NCBI GenBank assembly: GCA_963717935.1
Contig: CAVQXP010000004.1
Span: 2,016,001-2,080,000 of the forward strand
DNA: 64,000 bases
Direction of reading: 5' to 3'
Origin: Candidatus Eiseniibacteriota bacterium
GTDB lineage: Bacteria > Eisenbacteria > RBG-16-71-46
Part shown: positions 1 through 9,768 of the stretch, piece after piece
Layout of the letters: every line of letters starts with the position of its first letter
Position numbering within the stretch: the stretch's first letter is position 1
Position numbers and translations under genes: made by a program
Notes under the pieces: model-generated
Databases searched by the model: none
Seen by the model: only the letters and a program-made list of their open reading frames with translations
What the model was told of the DNA's origin: nothing

Positions 1-433
1 CGTCGAGATCGGCGCCAACAGCTGCGTGGACCGCGCGACCACCGACAGTACGCGCATCGGCGACGGCACGAAGGTCGACAACCTCGTGCAGATCGGCCAC
101 AACGTGAACATCGGCCGTCACTGCATCGTCGTCGCGCAGGTCGGCATCGCGGGCAGCACGGAGCTCGAGGACTACGTCACGCTGGGCGGGCAGGCGGGGA
201 TCGCAGGACACCTGCGCATCGAGAAGGGCGCGGTCGTGGCCGCGCAGAGCGGGGTGAGCCGGAACGTGAAGTCGAAGGAGGTCGTCTCGGGTTACCCGGC
301 CATCGCGCACGGGGCGTGGAAGCGCGTGAGCGTGCTGATGCAGAAGCTGCCGCAGCTCTTCCAGAAGACGAAGGAGCTCGAGCAGCGCGTCGAGACGCTC
401 GAGCACCAGCGGGAGCGCGAGGTGGCGCGATGA
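1..433 (+). CDS. lpxD: UDP-3-O-acylglucosamine N-acyltransferase (5' truncated by window)
   Basis: Hexapeptide repeats with [11 protein letters not shown]...[13 protein letters not shown] and a C-terminal SGYPA; sits upstream of lpxC/fabZ/lpxA. Confidence 0.95.
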   Translation, partial: VEIGANSCVDRATTDSTRIGDGTKVDNLVQIGHNVNIGRHCIVVAQVGIAGSTELEDYVTLGGQAGIAGHLRIEKGAVVAAQSGVSRNVKSKEVVSGYPAIAHGAWKRVSVLMQKLPQLFQKTKELEQRVETLEHQREREVAR

Positions 434-1752
434 GCGGGCGCCTGCAGCAGACGCTCGCCCGGCCCGTGAGCCTGGCCGGGGTCGGCCTGCACACCGGCGA
501 GCCGGGCCGCATCACGTTCCGCCCCGCGCCGGAGAACTCCGGCGTGCGCTTCGTTCGCACCGACCTGCCCGGTTCGCCGGCGGTGGACGTGCGCCCCGAG
601 AACGCCACCTTCGATCCGCGGGCCGGGCGGCGGACCATCCTCCAGCAGGACGGCGTGCAGATCCACAGCATGGAGCACGTGCTCGCGGCGGTGGTCGGGC
701 TGGGCGTCGACAACGTGGTGATCGAGAGCGACCGCATGGAGATCCCCGAGCCCGCCGACGGCAGCGCCCTGCCCATCGCGCAGACGCTGCTCTCCGCCGG
801 CCTCGAGGTGCAGACGCGGCGCAGGCGGCACATCAAGGTCACGAAGCCCGTGCGCTGGAGGGAGGGCGACGTCGAGCTGACGGCGGTGCCGTTCGACGGC
901 TGCCGCCTGAGCTTCACGATCGTCTACGACCACGCGCTGGTGGGCACGCAGAGCCTGACGCTGGACCTCGACCCCGAGACGTTCCTGCGGGAGATCGCTC
1001 CGGCGCGCACCTTCGTGCTGGAGCGGGATCTGGAGGAGTTGCGCCGCGCCGGGTGGATCAAGGGCGGCCGGCTCGAGAGCGCGCTGGTGATCGGCGCGGA
1101 CCGCATCCTGAATCCCGAGCCGCTGCGCTTCCCGGACGAGTTCGTGCGCCACAAGCTGCTCGACCTGCTGGGCGACCTCTTCCTGCTCGGCGCTCCCGTC
1201 CTCGGGCACGTCAGCGCCGTGCGCTCGGGACACGAGGGGCATGTCGCCTTCGTGAAGCTTCTCAAGGAGACGCTGCCGCTGCCGGGACGCCGGGAGGGCG
1301 GCCCCCCTGACGAGTGGGACATCACCTCCATCCTGGACCTCCTGCCGCACCGCTACCCGTTCCTGCTCGTGGACCGCATCACGACGCTCGAGGAAGGGTG
1401 CTTCATCGAGGGCGTGAAGAACGTCACCATCAACGAACCGTTCTTCCAGGGACATTTCCCCGGGCACCCCATCATGCCGGCGGTGCTCATCCTCGAGGCC
1501 ATGGCCCAGGTGGGCGGGCTGCTGCTGCTGCACTCGGTGGCTGATCCGAACGACAAGCTCATGTACTTCATGGCCATCGACGGCGCGAAGTTCCGGCGCC
1601 CGGTCACGCCCGGGGACCAGCTGCAGCTCAAGGTCACGATGGTCAAGCTCAAGAACCGCATCTCGAAGATGCGCGGGGAGGCCTACGTCGATGGGCAGCT
1701 CGTGGCGGAGGCGGAGCTGATGGCCACGGTCGTGGATCGGAGACGCGTGTGA
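430..1752 (+). CDS. lpxC/fabZ: Bifunctional LpxC deacetylase / FabZ dehydratase
   Basis: ATG overlaps the lpxD stop. N-terminal [12 protein letters not shown] and HKLLD (LpxC); C-terminal [11 protein letters not shown] and [12 protein letters not shown] (FabZ), in one uninterrupted frame. Confidence 0.95.
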   Translation: MSGRLQQTLARPVSLAGVGLHTGEPGRITFRPAPENSGVRFVRTDLPGSPAVDVRPENATFDPRAGRRTILQQDGVQIHSMEHVLAAVVGLGVDNVVIESDRMEIPEPADGSALPIAQTLLSAGLEVQTRRRRHIKVTKPVRWREGDVELTAVPFDGCRLSFTIVYDHALVGTQSLTLDLDPETFLREIAPARTFVLERDLEELRRAGWIKGGRLESALVIGADRILNPEPLRFPDEFVRHKLLDLLGDLFLLGAPVLGHVSAVRSGHEGHVAFVKLLKETLPLPGRREGGPPDEWDITSILDLLPHRYPFLLVDRITTLEEGCFIEGVKNVTINEPFFQGHFPGHPIMPAVLILEAMAQVGGLLLLHSVADPNDKLMYFMAIDGAKFRRPVTPGDQLQLKVTMVKLKNRISKMRGEAYVDGQLVAEAELMATVVDRRRV

Positions 1753-2525
1753 GCGTGGCCGTCCATCCCTCCGCGATCGTCGAGGAGGGCGCGCGCCTGG
1801 GAGTGGATGTCACGATCGGTCCGGGCGCCATCATCGGGCCTCACGTGACCCTGGGGGATCGTACGCGCGTGGACAGCCACGCGCTGGTCACCGGGTGGAC
1901 GAGCGTGGGGCAGGACTCGCACGTGCACCACGGCGCGGTGCTGGGCACCGCACCCCAGGACCTGAAGTACGCCGGTGACGAGTCGTATCTCGAGGTGGGT
2001 GACCACGTCGTGGTGCGCGAGTTCGTGACCGCGAACCTCGCCTCCGACGCGGGGGCGACGACGCGGATCGGCAGCCACTGCATGCTCATGGCGTGCGCGC
2101 ACGTCGCCCACAACTGCGTGCTTGGCGAGCACGTCATCGTCGCCAACGCGGTGCTGTTCGCCGGTTACGTGACGGTCGAGGACTGGGCGATCGTGGGCGG
2201 CGGCACGCTCGTGCATCAGTTCACGCGCATCGGCCGCCACGCCATGCTCGGCGGCGGCACGCGCGTCACGCAGGACATCGCGCCGTTCATCAAGGTGGGC
2301 GGGTCGCCGCCGAGGCTGGGGGGGCTGAACCGCATCGGGCTCGAGCGGCGCGGTTTCACCCCGGCGACCTGTGACGCGCTCGACGGCGCGTACCGCCTGC
2401 TCTTCCGCCAGGGGCTCACCGTCGAGCGGGCGGCGGTCGAGATGCGCGCCGCCTTCCCGGGCGTGCCCGAGGTGGACTACCTGGCGCGTTTCGCCGAGAC
2501 GTCCGCGCGCGGGCTGACACGATGA
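1749..2525 (+). CDS. lpxA: Acyl-ACP--UDP-GlcNAc O-acyltransferase
   Basis: VHPSAIV, PQDLKY, HVAHNC, VHQF.RIG, GLNRIGLERRG. Confidence 0.95.
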   Translation: MSVAVHPSAIVEEGARLGVDVTIGPGAIIGPHVTLGDRTRVDSHALVTGWTSVGQDSHVHHGAVLGTAPQDLKYAGDESYLEVGDHVVVREFVTANLASDAGATTRIGSHCMLMACAHVAHNCVLGEHVIVANAVLFAGYVTVEDWAIVGGGTLVHQFTRIGRHAMLGGGTRVTQDIAPFIKVGGSPPRLGGLNRIGLERRGFTPATCDALDGAYRLLFRQGLTVERAAVEMRAAFPGVPEVDYLARFAETSARGLTR

Positions 2526-3532
2526 GCGCGGCTGCGGTCCGGGCCGGCGTCTGGGGCGTGGGGGTCTGGGGGGAGAAGCACGCACGCGTCTATCACGCGC
2601 TGCCCGAGGCCGAGCTGGCCGGCGTGTATGACCACGATCCCGTGCGGGCCCGGGAGGTCGCGGTGCGCTACGGATGCCGGGCCTTCGAGAGCGGGGAGGA
2701 ACTGCTCGCGGCCTGCGATGCGGTCTCGATCGCCGTCCCGACGGTGGAGCACCGCGCGGTGGCCGAGCGCGCCGCGGCCGCCGGTCGTCACGCGCTCGTG
2801 GAGAAGCCGATGGCGGTGACGGTCGACGAGGCCAGTGCGATGATCGCCGCCGCCCGCCGCGCGCAGGTCGTGCTCCAGGTGGGCCAGGTCGAGCGCTTCA
2901 ATCCCGCTCTGCTGGCGGCGCGCCCCTACGTGCGCAGGCCGAAGTTCATCGAGGCCCACCGGCTCGCCGTGTTCCAGCCGCGCTCGCTCGACGTGGACGT
3001 CGTGTTCGACCTGATGATCCATGACCTCGACGCGGTGCTGGACGTGGTGGGAGCCTCGCCGTCGTCGGTCTCGGCCGTCGGGGTGGCGGTGCTCTCCGGG
3101 AGCGAGGACATCGCCAACGCCCGGATCGAGTTCGAGAGCGGTTGCGTGGCCAACCTCACGGCGAGCCGGGTCTCCCAGGACCGGCTGCGGCGCATCCGCT
3201 TCTTCCAGGGCGACGCGTACCTCTCGGTGGACCTGTTCGAGAAGACCTGCGACCTGCTGCAGGTGGATGTGGGGCGGCTGCGCGCGGTCGTCCAGCAGGG
3301 TGGGCCGGCGGAGGCCGGGCTCGCCGCCATCGAACGGCGGAGGCTCGAGGTCGCCCCGGGCGAGCCGCTCACCCTGGAGCTCCGGGCGTTCCTGCGCTCG
3401 CTGCGCGGGGAGGGCGCCGGGGCAGCGTCGGCCGAGGCCGGGTGCGCTGCGCTTGCGGTCGCGGCCGAGGTGCGCTCGGCCATGAAGTTGCGGGCGAGGC
3501 AGTGGGCGGATCGGTCGAGCGCCGGTTCCTGA
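2522..3532 (+). CDS. Gfo/Idh/MocA NAD-dependent oxidoreductase, GnnA-like
   Basis: GVGVWG Rossmann motif, LVEKP, VGQVERFNP, DLMIHDLD, ANLTASRVS; positioned between lpxA and lpxB like gnnA. Confidence 0.85.
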   Translation: MSAAAVRAGVWGVGVWGEKHARVYHALPEAELAGVYDHDPVRAREVAVRYGCRAFESGEELLAACDAVSIAVPTVEHRAVAERAAAAGRHALVEKPMAVTVDEASAMIAAARRAQVVLQVGQVERFNPALLAARPYVRRPKFIEAHRLAVFQPRSLDVDVVFDLMIHDLDAVLDVVGASPSSVSAVGVAVLSGSEDIANARIEFESGCVANLTASRVSQDRLRRIRFFQGDAYLSVDLFEKTCDLLQVDVGRLRAVVQQGGPAEAGLAAIERRRLEVAPGEPLTLELRAFLRSLRGEGAGAASAEAGCAALAVAAEVRSAMKLRARQWADRSSAGS

Positions 3533-4639
3533 TCGTTGCCGGAGAGGCCTCGGGCGACGCCCACGCCGCCAGGCTCCTGACGGCACTCGGCAGTCTCGGG
3601 CCGTGCCGTGCCCGCGGCGTCGCGGGCCCCGCCCTCGTGGCCGCCGGGGCCGGCTGCGTGGTCCCGATGGAGGATCTGGCGGTGCTCGGTTTCTCCGGCG
3701 TGGTCGCGCGTCTGCCCCGCATCTGGTCCGCGTACCGGCGGCTGCTCGCCGAAGCCCGGTCGTTCCGGCCGCATGCGGCGCTGCTGGTGGACTCGCCCGG
3801 ATTCAACTTCCGCCTGGGACCCGCCCTGCGGAGGCTCGGCGTGCCGGTCTTCTACTACATCGCCCCCCAGGTCTGGGCCTGGCACCCGGAGCGCGCCGCG
3901 CAGATGGCGCGCTGGGTGGAGCGCCTCGCCGTGATCTTCCCGTTCGAGGAGGCGCTGTTCCACGATGCGGGGGTGCACACGCGTTTCGTCGGACACCCGT
4001 TGCTCGACGCGCTCGAGCCGGAGGTGGACGAGGCCGTGTTCCGGGCGGAGATCGGCGCCGCACCGGACGGACCGATCCTGGGGCTCCTGCCGGGGAGCCG
4101 TCCGCAGGAGCTGCGCGCCCACGCGCCGGTCATGGCCGCGGCGGCGCGAGCGGCTGCGCGCGAAGCGCCCCGAGCTCGCGGTGGTGCTGGCGCTGGCTCC
4201 GGGACTGGAGCGCGAAGGCCGGCGGCTGCGCGCCGCGCTCGGGGGCGTGCGGCTCGTCGAGGGACGCACGCGCGCGGTCCAGGCGCACGCCACCTGCTGC
4301 GCCGTCGCGTCGGGGACGGCAACGCTCGAGACCGCGCTCTTCGGCACGCCGGAGGTCATCGTCTACCGCACCGGGTGGCTCAACTACGAGATCGCGCGGC
4401 GCGTCGTGACGCTCGCGCGCATCGGACTGCCGAACATCGTGGCGGGCGAGGAGGTCGCCCCCGAGCTGCTCCAGGCCGACCTCACCGCCGAGCGTCTCGC
4501 CGCCACGCTCGCGCCGTGGTTGGACGACCCCGGGGTGCGCGAACGCCAGTGCGCGCGCCTTGCTGCGGTGCGCGCGCGCCTCGGCGGCCCAGGCGCCGCG
4601 CGCCGCGCTGCCGAGTGGCTGTGGGAGATGGTCGCGTGA
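3502..4639 (+). CDS. lpxB: Lipid-A-disaccharide synthase (one apparent frameshift near 4150)
   Basis: IVAGEASGD, DSPGFN, YYIAPQVWAW, FPFE, FVGHPL, LLPGSR in the first frame; ASGTATLE, GLPNIVAG, PELLQ in ORF 3965-4639. Confidence 0.92.
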
Positions 4640-5304
4640 GCCGCGCGCGGGAGCGCTCCTGGTGGTTCCCGCTGGCGACGGCGGCGGGAGCCGCCGCGCT
4701 GCGGCTCCAGGGACGGACGTGGACGCTGCGGCGCCTGGACACCGCGGATTTCGACCGGCGCCTGGCCGGGGGCGAGCGCTGCATCTTCGCCCTGTGGCAC
4801 GCCCGGATGCTGCCGCTCATCTACGCGTATCGCGGGCTCGGCGTGGCGGCGCTCGTGAGCCACAGCCGGGACGGGGAGCTGATCAGCGGGGTGGTCGAGC
4901 GCATCGGCTACGTCACCGCGCGCGGTTCGAGCAGCCGCGGCGGGCAGGAGGGCTTCAACGAGCTGGTGCGGTTCGCGGAGCAGGGCCGCTCGCTCACCGT
5001 GACCCCGGACGGTCCGCGTGGACCGCGCGAGGTCCTCAAGCCGGGGCTGGTGCGGCTGGCGAGCCGCACCGGACTGCCGGTGCTCCCGGTGGCGAGCGCG
5101 TCCCGCCGCGCCTGGGTCCTGCGCTCGTGGGACGGGTTCCGCGTCCCGCGCCCCTTCGCGCTCGTGTGGATCTCCTACGGCGATCCGGTGCACGTGCCAG
5201 CAGGGCTGGACGAGGCGGGCGTCGAGGTGTGGCGGCGGCGGCTGGAGGAGGCCCTGAAGACGACCACCGGACGCCTGGCTCACGAGGCGGGGGAGGACGC
5301 GTGA
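4636..5304 (+). CDS. DUF374 / lysophospholipid acyltransferase family, LpxJ-like late acyltransferase
   Basis: IFALWH, LVSHSRDGE, RGSSSRGG, TPDGPRGP, SWD.F.VP.PF are DUF374 motifs; lies between lpxB and waaA; GTG overlaps the lpxB stop. Confidence 0.85.
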   Translation: MSRARERSWWFPLATAAGAAALRLQGRTWTLRRLDTADFDRRLAGGERCIFALWHARMLPLIYAYRGLGVAALVSHSRDGELISGVVERIGYVTARGSSSRGGQEGFNELVRFAEQGRSLTVTPDGPRGPREVLKPGLVRLASRTGLPVLPVASASRRAWVLRSWDGFRVPRPFALVWISYGDPVHVPAGLDEAGVEVWRRRLEEALKTTTGRLAHEAGEDA

Positions 5305-6554
5305 GTCTGGCCTGGATGGCCTACCGGCTGGCGGCGCCCTGCCTCGGGGCGGTCCTGCCGGTGGCGCGGGCCTTCTTGCCGTCGCACGAACGGACGCGCT
5401 GGGACGAGCGCCTGGGCCGGACGAGCCTGCCGGGAGGGGCGGATGCCTGGATCCATGCCGCCTCGATGGGGGAGGCCACGGCCGTGGGGCCCCTCGTGCG
5501 TGAACTGCAGGCGCTGGCACCGCACTCGAGCTTCCTGCTCACGGCGACGACGCACGGCGGCAGCCTGCGGCTCGGCGCCCTGGGGCAACCCACGGCGGTC
5601 GCGCCCCTGGACTCGCCGCAGGCTGCCGCGGGCTTCTTCACCGGCGTGACGCCCCGGCGCTGCTTCCTGGTCGAGACGGAGCTCTGGCCACACTGGCTGC
5701 TGCGGGCGCGGGCCTCGCAGGTGCCGGTCGCGGTGGTGAGCGCGCGGCTGTCGAGCACCTCGGTGGCGCGGTACCGCCACCTGGGCGGGGCGTTGCGCGG
5801 GCTGGTCTCGGGCCTTGCGGCCGTGCTGTGCCAGAGCGAGAGCGACCTCGAGCGGTGGCGGTCTCTGGGCGCGCGCGCAGAGGTGAGCTCGGTCACGGGC
5901 AACCTGAAGGACGACGGCCTCCCGGCCGCCGCGCCGGAGCGACGCGTCGCCCGCGCGGCGCTCGGCCTGGACCCCGGGCGTCCGCTCCTCGTCCTGGGCA
6001 GCGTCCGTCCGGGCGAGGTGCTGGTGCTGGCGCGTGCCTGGCGGCGCCTCCCGGCGGTGCTGCGGGAGCCGTGGCAGGTGGTGGTGGTGCCGCGGCATCC
6101 GCAGGCCTCGGCCGAGCTCCGTGCCGAGGCCGCCCGCGCCGGGCAGGCCCTGGTCGGCCCCGGCGCTGCGGAGGATGGAGCGTGGTTCTGGGACGACCGC
6201 CTGGGCGTGCTGAAGGGATACTACGCCGTGGCTGATGCGGCCTTCGTAGGCGGGAGCCTGTCGCCGTACGGGGGCCACAACCCGCTCGAGCCGGCGGCCT
6301 GCGGGGTGGCGCTGCTCATGGGCCCTCACCACGCCAGCCAGCAGGCTGTGGTGGCGGAGCTGGAAGCCGCCGGCGCACTGCGCGTGGCCGGATCCGAGAC
6401 GGACGTGACGAGCGCGCTCGAGCGCCTGCTGGGGGACGCCGAAGCGCGCGCGGCGGCGGGGAGGGCGGCCCGCGGGATCGTCGAACGACGGCGGGGCGCG
6501 GCGCGACGGACGGTCGCCCGGCTGGTGGAATTGGGCCTGTGGGAGGCGGCGTGA
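5301..6554 (+). CDS. waaA: 3-deoxy-D-manno-octulosonate (Kdo) transferase
   Basis: WIHAASMGE, ETELWP, TGNLK, VPRHP, AFVGGSL, GGHNPLEPA. Confidence 0.93.
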   Translation: MSLAWMAYRLAAPCLGAVLPVARAFLPSHERTRWDERLGRTSLPGGADAWIHAASMGEATAVGPLVRELQALAPHSSFLLTATTHGGSLRLGALGQPTAVAPLDSPQAAAGFFTGVTPRRCFLVETELWPHWLLRARASQVPVAVVSARLSSTSVARYRHLGGALRGLVSGLAAVLCQSESDLERWRSLGARAEVSSVTGNLKDDGLPAAAPERRVARAALGLDPGRPLLVLGSVRPGEVLVLARAWRRLPAVLREPWQVVVVPRHPQASAELRAEAARAGQALVGPGAAEDGAWFWDDRLGVLKGYYAVADAAFVGGSLSPYGGHNPLEPAACGVALLMGPHHASQQAVVAELEAAGALRVAGSETDVTSALERLLGDAEARAAAGRAARGIVERRRGAARRTVARLVELGLWEAA

Positions 6555-7514
6555 CCGGGGCGTTGGGCTCCCTGGGCGCGGGCTCTACGGCGCCGCGTGG
6601 GAGCTGCGGCGCCGGGCGTATGCGCGCGGGCTGTTGCGGCCCCGGCGCGTGGGCGCGCGGGTGGTGAGCGTGGGGAACCTCACGGTCGGCGGGACGGGCA
6701 AGACCACGCTCACGCTCCGACTGGCCCGACGCGCGCTCGAGCGCGGCCTCGCCCCGGCGGTGGTGTGCCGGCGGTATCGTCCGGGACCGGGGGGCCGCGG
6801 GGACGAAGAGCTGATGTACCGTGCGGCGCTCGGTGCGGGGTGCGTGTTCGCGGGCAGCGAGCAAGCTGGAGTCGGCGGGCGCAGCCGCGCGGGCGGGATA
6901 CGAGCTGCTGATCGTGGACGACGGCCTGTCGCACTGGGCCCTCGCGCGGGACGTGGACATCGTCCTGCTCGACGCGAGCGACCTCGCGGGGGGGCGGCGG
7001 TTGCTTCCGGCCGGGCGCCTGCGTGAGCCGCTGCGCGCGCTGCAGCGCGCCCGCGCGGTCGTGGTGTCGAGGCTGGATGCGGGCGAGGATCCCGCACCCT
7101 GGCTGGAGCGGGCCCGGGCGCTGGCGCCAGGGGCCATGCTCGCGGCCGGGCGACACCGCCTCAAGGGGGTGCGCGCGCTGGGGAGCGGGGACGTGCCGCC
7201 CGGGGCCCGCGTGCGGGTCGTGTCGGCGACCGGCAACCCGGCCGCGGTCGAGGCCAGCGCACGGGAGGCGGGGCTCGAGGTCGCATCGGCCTCGCGGTGG
7301 CGCGATCACCACTGGTTCACGCCGCGCGAGGCGCAGCAGGAACTGACCCTCGCCGACAACGAGGGAGCGCTGGGTGCTCCTGACGGCGAAGGACGCGGTC
7401 CGCTGGCCGGAGTCGGCAGTGCGGGGCCGGGTGGCGGTGCTGGAGGTGGAATGGGAGTGGGTCGCGGGCGGCGGGGCCGTCGAGGGGCTGGCGCTGGACG
7501 GGCAGGGGGCATGA
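6551..7514 (+). CDS. lpxK: Tetraacyldisaccharide 4'-kinase (several apparent frameshifts)
   Basis: VVSVGNLTVGGTGKT Walker A; DDGLSH..LARD; LLPAGRLREP; DHHWF, spread over frames; stop TGA 7512-7514. Confidence 0.88.
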
Positions 7515-9258
7515 TGGAAACGGACGTGCTGGTGCTCGGGAGCGGGCTCGCGGGCCTCATGCTGGCACTCAGGTGCGCGGATCGCGGCGCGGACGTGCTG
7601 GTGTTGACGAAGCGTCGCGCGGACGACTCGAGCACCAACTGGGCGCAGGGGGGCATCGCGGCGGTCTTCGACGCGAAGGACAGCTTCGCGCGCCACGGAC
7701 GCGACACGCTTCGTTGCGGCGCCGGGCTCTCGGACCCGGAGGTCGTCCGCCGCGTGGTCGCAGAGGCCCCGGAGCGCGTGCGGGAGCTGGAGGCCCTCGG
7801 CGTCGAGTTCACCCGCACGTCGCGCGGTCTCTCGCTCGGGCGCGAGGGCGGGCACTCGGGGCGCCGGATCGTGCACGCGAAGGACTTCACGGGCAGGGCC
7901 ATCGAGCACGCGCTGCTGCTCCACGTCCGCGGCCACCGGCGCATCCGCCTGGTCGAGGACCAGCTTGGCGGTGGACCTGATCCTGGAGTCGCGCATGCGG
8001 GCCCCGCGTCCACCACGGGCCGCCGGGGGCCGGGCCGAGCGCTGCTGGGGTGCGTACGTCATGGACTGTCGTGCGGGCCTGCCGGGCGCCGGACGCATCC
8101 GGCCCGTGACCGCGAAGGTCACCGCACTGGCCACCGGGCGGCTGCGGGAAGGTCTACCTCTACACCACCAACCCCGACGTGGCCACGGGCGACGGCATCG
8201 CCATGGCGTACCGGGCGGGGGCCGCAGTCGAGAACCTCGAGTTCGTCCAGTTTCACCCCACCTGCCTGTACCACCCCGAGGCCAAGTCGTTCCTGCTCAC
8301 CGAGGCCCTGCGCGGCGAGGGGGCGGTGCTGCGGACGCTCGACGGCGAGCGCTTCATGCCCCGCGTGCATCCCATGGCGGAACTGGCCCCGCGCGACGTG
8401 GTGGCGTTGGCCATCGACCGCGAACTGAAGCGACGCGGAGAGACCCACGTCACCCTCGACATCAGCCACCTTCCGCCCGCCCGGGTGCGGGCGCGCTTCC
8501 CGAACGTGTACGCCTCGCTCCGGCGCTTCGGCTTCGATCTGACGCGGGGGCCGATCCCGGTCGTGCCCGCCGCGCACTACATGTGCGGGGGCGTCAAGGC
8601 GACGCTGGCGGGGCGAACGTCGCTGCGGGGCCTGCTCGCGCTGGGCGAGGTGGCGTCCACCGGCCTGCACGGGGCGAACCGCCTGGCCAGCAACTCGCTG
8701 CTCGAGGCGCTGGTCGGCGCCCATCACGGCTGCCGCGGAGGCCTGGCGGCGTCGTGCGCCGCGCGCCGCGGGGGCCGCAGGCCGAGCCCTGGCACGCGCA
8801 GGGCACGCACCCGCCGCTCGAGACCGTGGTCTTCGACCACAACTGGGACGCGGTGCGGCGGCTGATGTGGGACCTCGTGGGAATCGTGCGCAGCGACCAG
8901 CGCCTGCTCTACGCGGAGCGGCTGCTGGCCCTGCTGCGCGAGGAGATCGAGCTCGACTACGTGCGCCTGCGCCTGTCGCGCGACCTGGTCGAACTGCGGA
9001 ACATCGCGCTGGTCGGCGGACTCATCGTGGAATGCGCACGCCGCCGGAGCGAGAGCCGGGGGCTGCACTTCAACCTCGATCACCCGCGGCGCGAGCGGCG
9101 CTACGACGGGCGGGCCACGGTGGTGCGTGCGCCCGCGCCGCCTTGCCGCTCCGGCGGCCCGCAGCCTATAGTCTGCCGAGCGCCGCAGCCAGGAGCGTCC
9201 GCGCGCTGCCGACGGCGGCGCGGGCCTCGGGCGCGGCCCGGGGAGGGAGGGGCGTTGA
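7511..9258 (+). CDS. nadB: L-aspartate oxidase (several apparent frameshifts; 3' end uncertain)
   Basis: [83 protein letters not shown]. Confidence 0.9.
9143..9172 (+). promoter_or_regulatory. Putative sigma70 promoter for Minf_1886-like gene/msbA
   Basis: TTGCCG-N18-TATAGT, an AT-rich hexamer in GC-rich DNA about 80 bp upstream of the TTG at 9255. Confidence 0.4.
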
Positions 9259-9716
9259 GCTCGAGCGACCTGCTGTTCTGGGACACGGTGGACGGGATCC
9301 GCGAGACGGAGTCGCGCTATCGCCGGGAGGCCTACGGCTTCGTGGTGGCCGCGCTCGGCACCACCGTGCAGGCCCTGCCGCCGGAGCGGCTCGCGGACCC
9401 CGCCCTGCGCCATCTCACGGGTGGGGAGCTGCTGCGCGGTGTGGTCCGGCTCGCGCGCCAGGAGTTCGGCGTGCTCGCGCCGACGGTCTTCCGCGAGTGG
9501 GGGGTGCTCACGGGCGAGGACGTCGGACGCATCGTCTTCCGTCTGGTGGAGTGCGGTGAGCTGAGCGCCCGCCCGGAGGACACCCTCGACGATTTCCGCG
9601 ATTTCGACCTGTTCGCCGGGCTGACCGCCAACCTCGAGATCGGCCGCCCGTGCGCGCCCCGGGAACGCCGGCCGCGCCCGCGGCGCCCGGCCGGCGATCC
9701 CGGGGCCGCGCACTAG
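9255..9716 (+). CDS. Minf_1886-like conserved protein of unknown function
   Basis: RY.REAY.FV..AL, RHLTG.EL, FG.LA.TVF.EWG....EDVG.IVF.LVE, EDTLDDF pattern; GGAGG RBS before TTG. Confidence 0.75.
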   Translation: MSSSDLLFWDTVDGIRETESRYRREAYGFVVAALGTTVQALPPERLADPALRHLTGGELLRGVVRLARQEFGVLAPTVFREWGVLTGEDVGRIVFRLVECGELSARPEDTLDDFRDFDLFAGLTANLEIGRPCAPRERRPRPRRPAGDPGAAH

Positions 9717-9768
9717 CGTGGACCGGCACCCAGGGACCGCCCCGGAGCCGCGGCCCCGGATCCCTTCG

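Noticed and set aside
430..1752. LpxC-FabZ fusion as a novelty
   Set aside because: Real, but already well known in Bacteroidota/Chlorobi and related phyla.
3142..5304. 720-aa ORF that looks like an LpxB-DUF374 fusion
   Set aside because: The LpxB C-terminus is in ORF 3965-4639, ending at a GTGA overlap with the DUF374 start; a frameshift artefact.
7965..9716. Apparent NadB-Minf_1886 fusion
   Set aside because: Low-complexity linker containing a promoter-like element, plus a separate RBS and TTG at 9255; an indel is the likelier cause.
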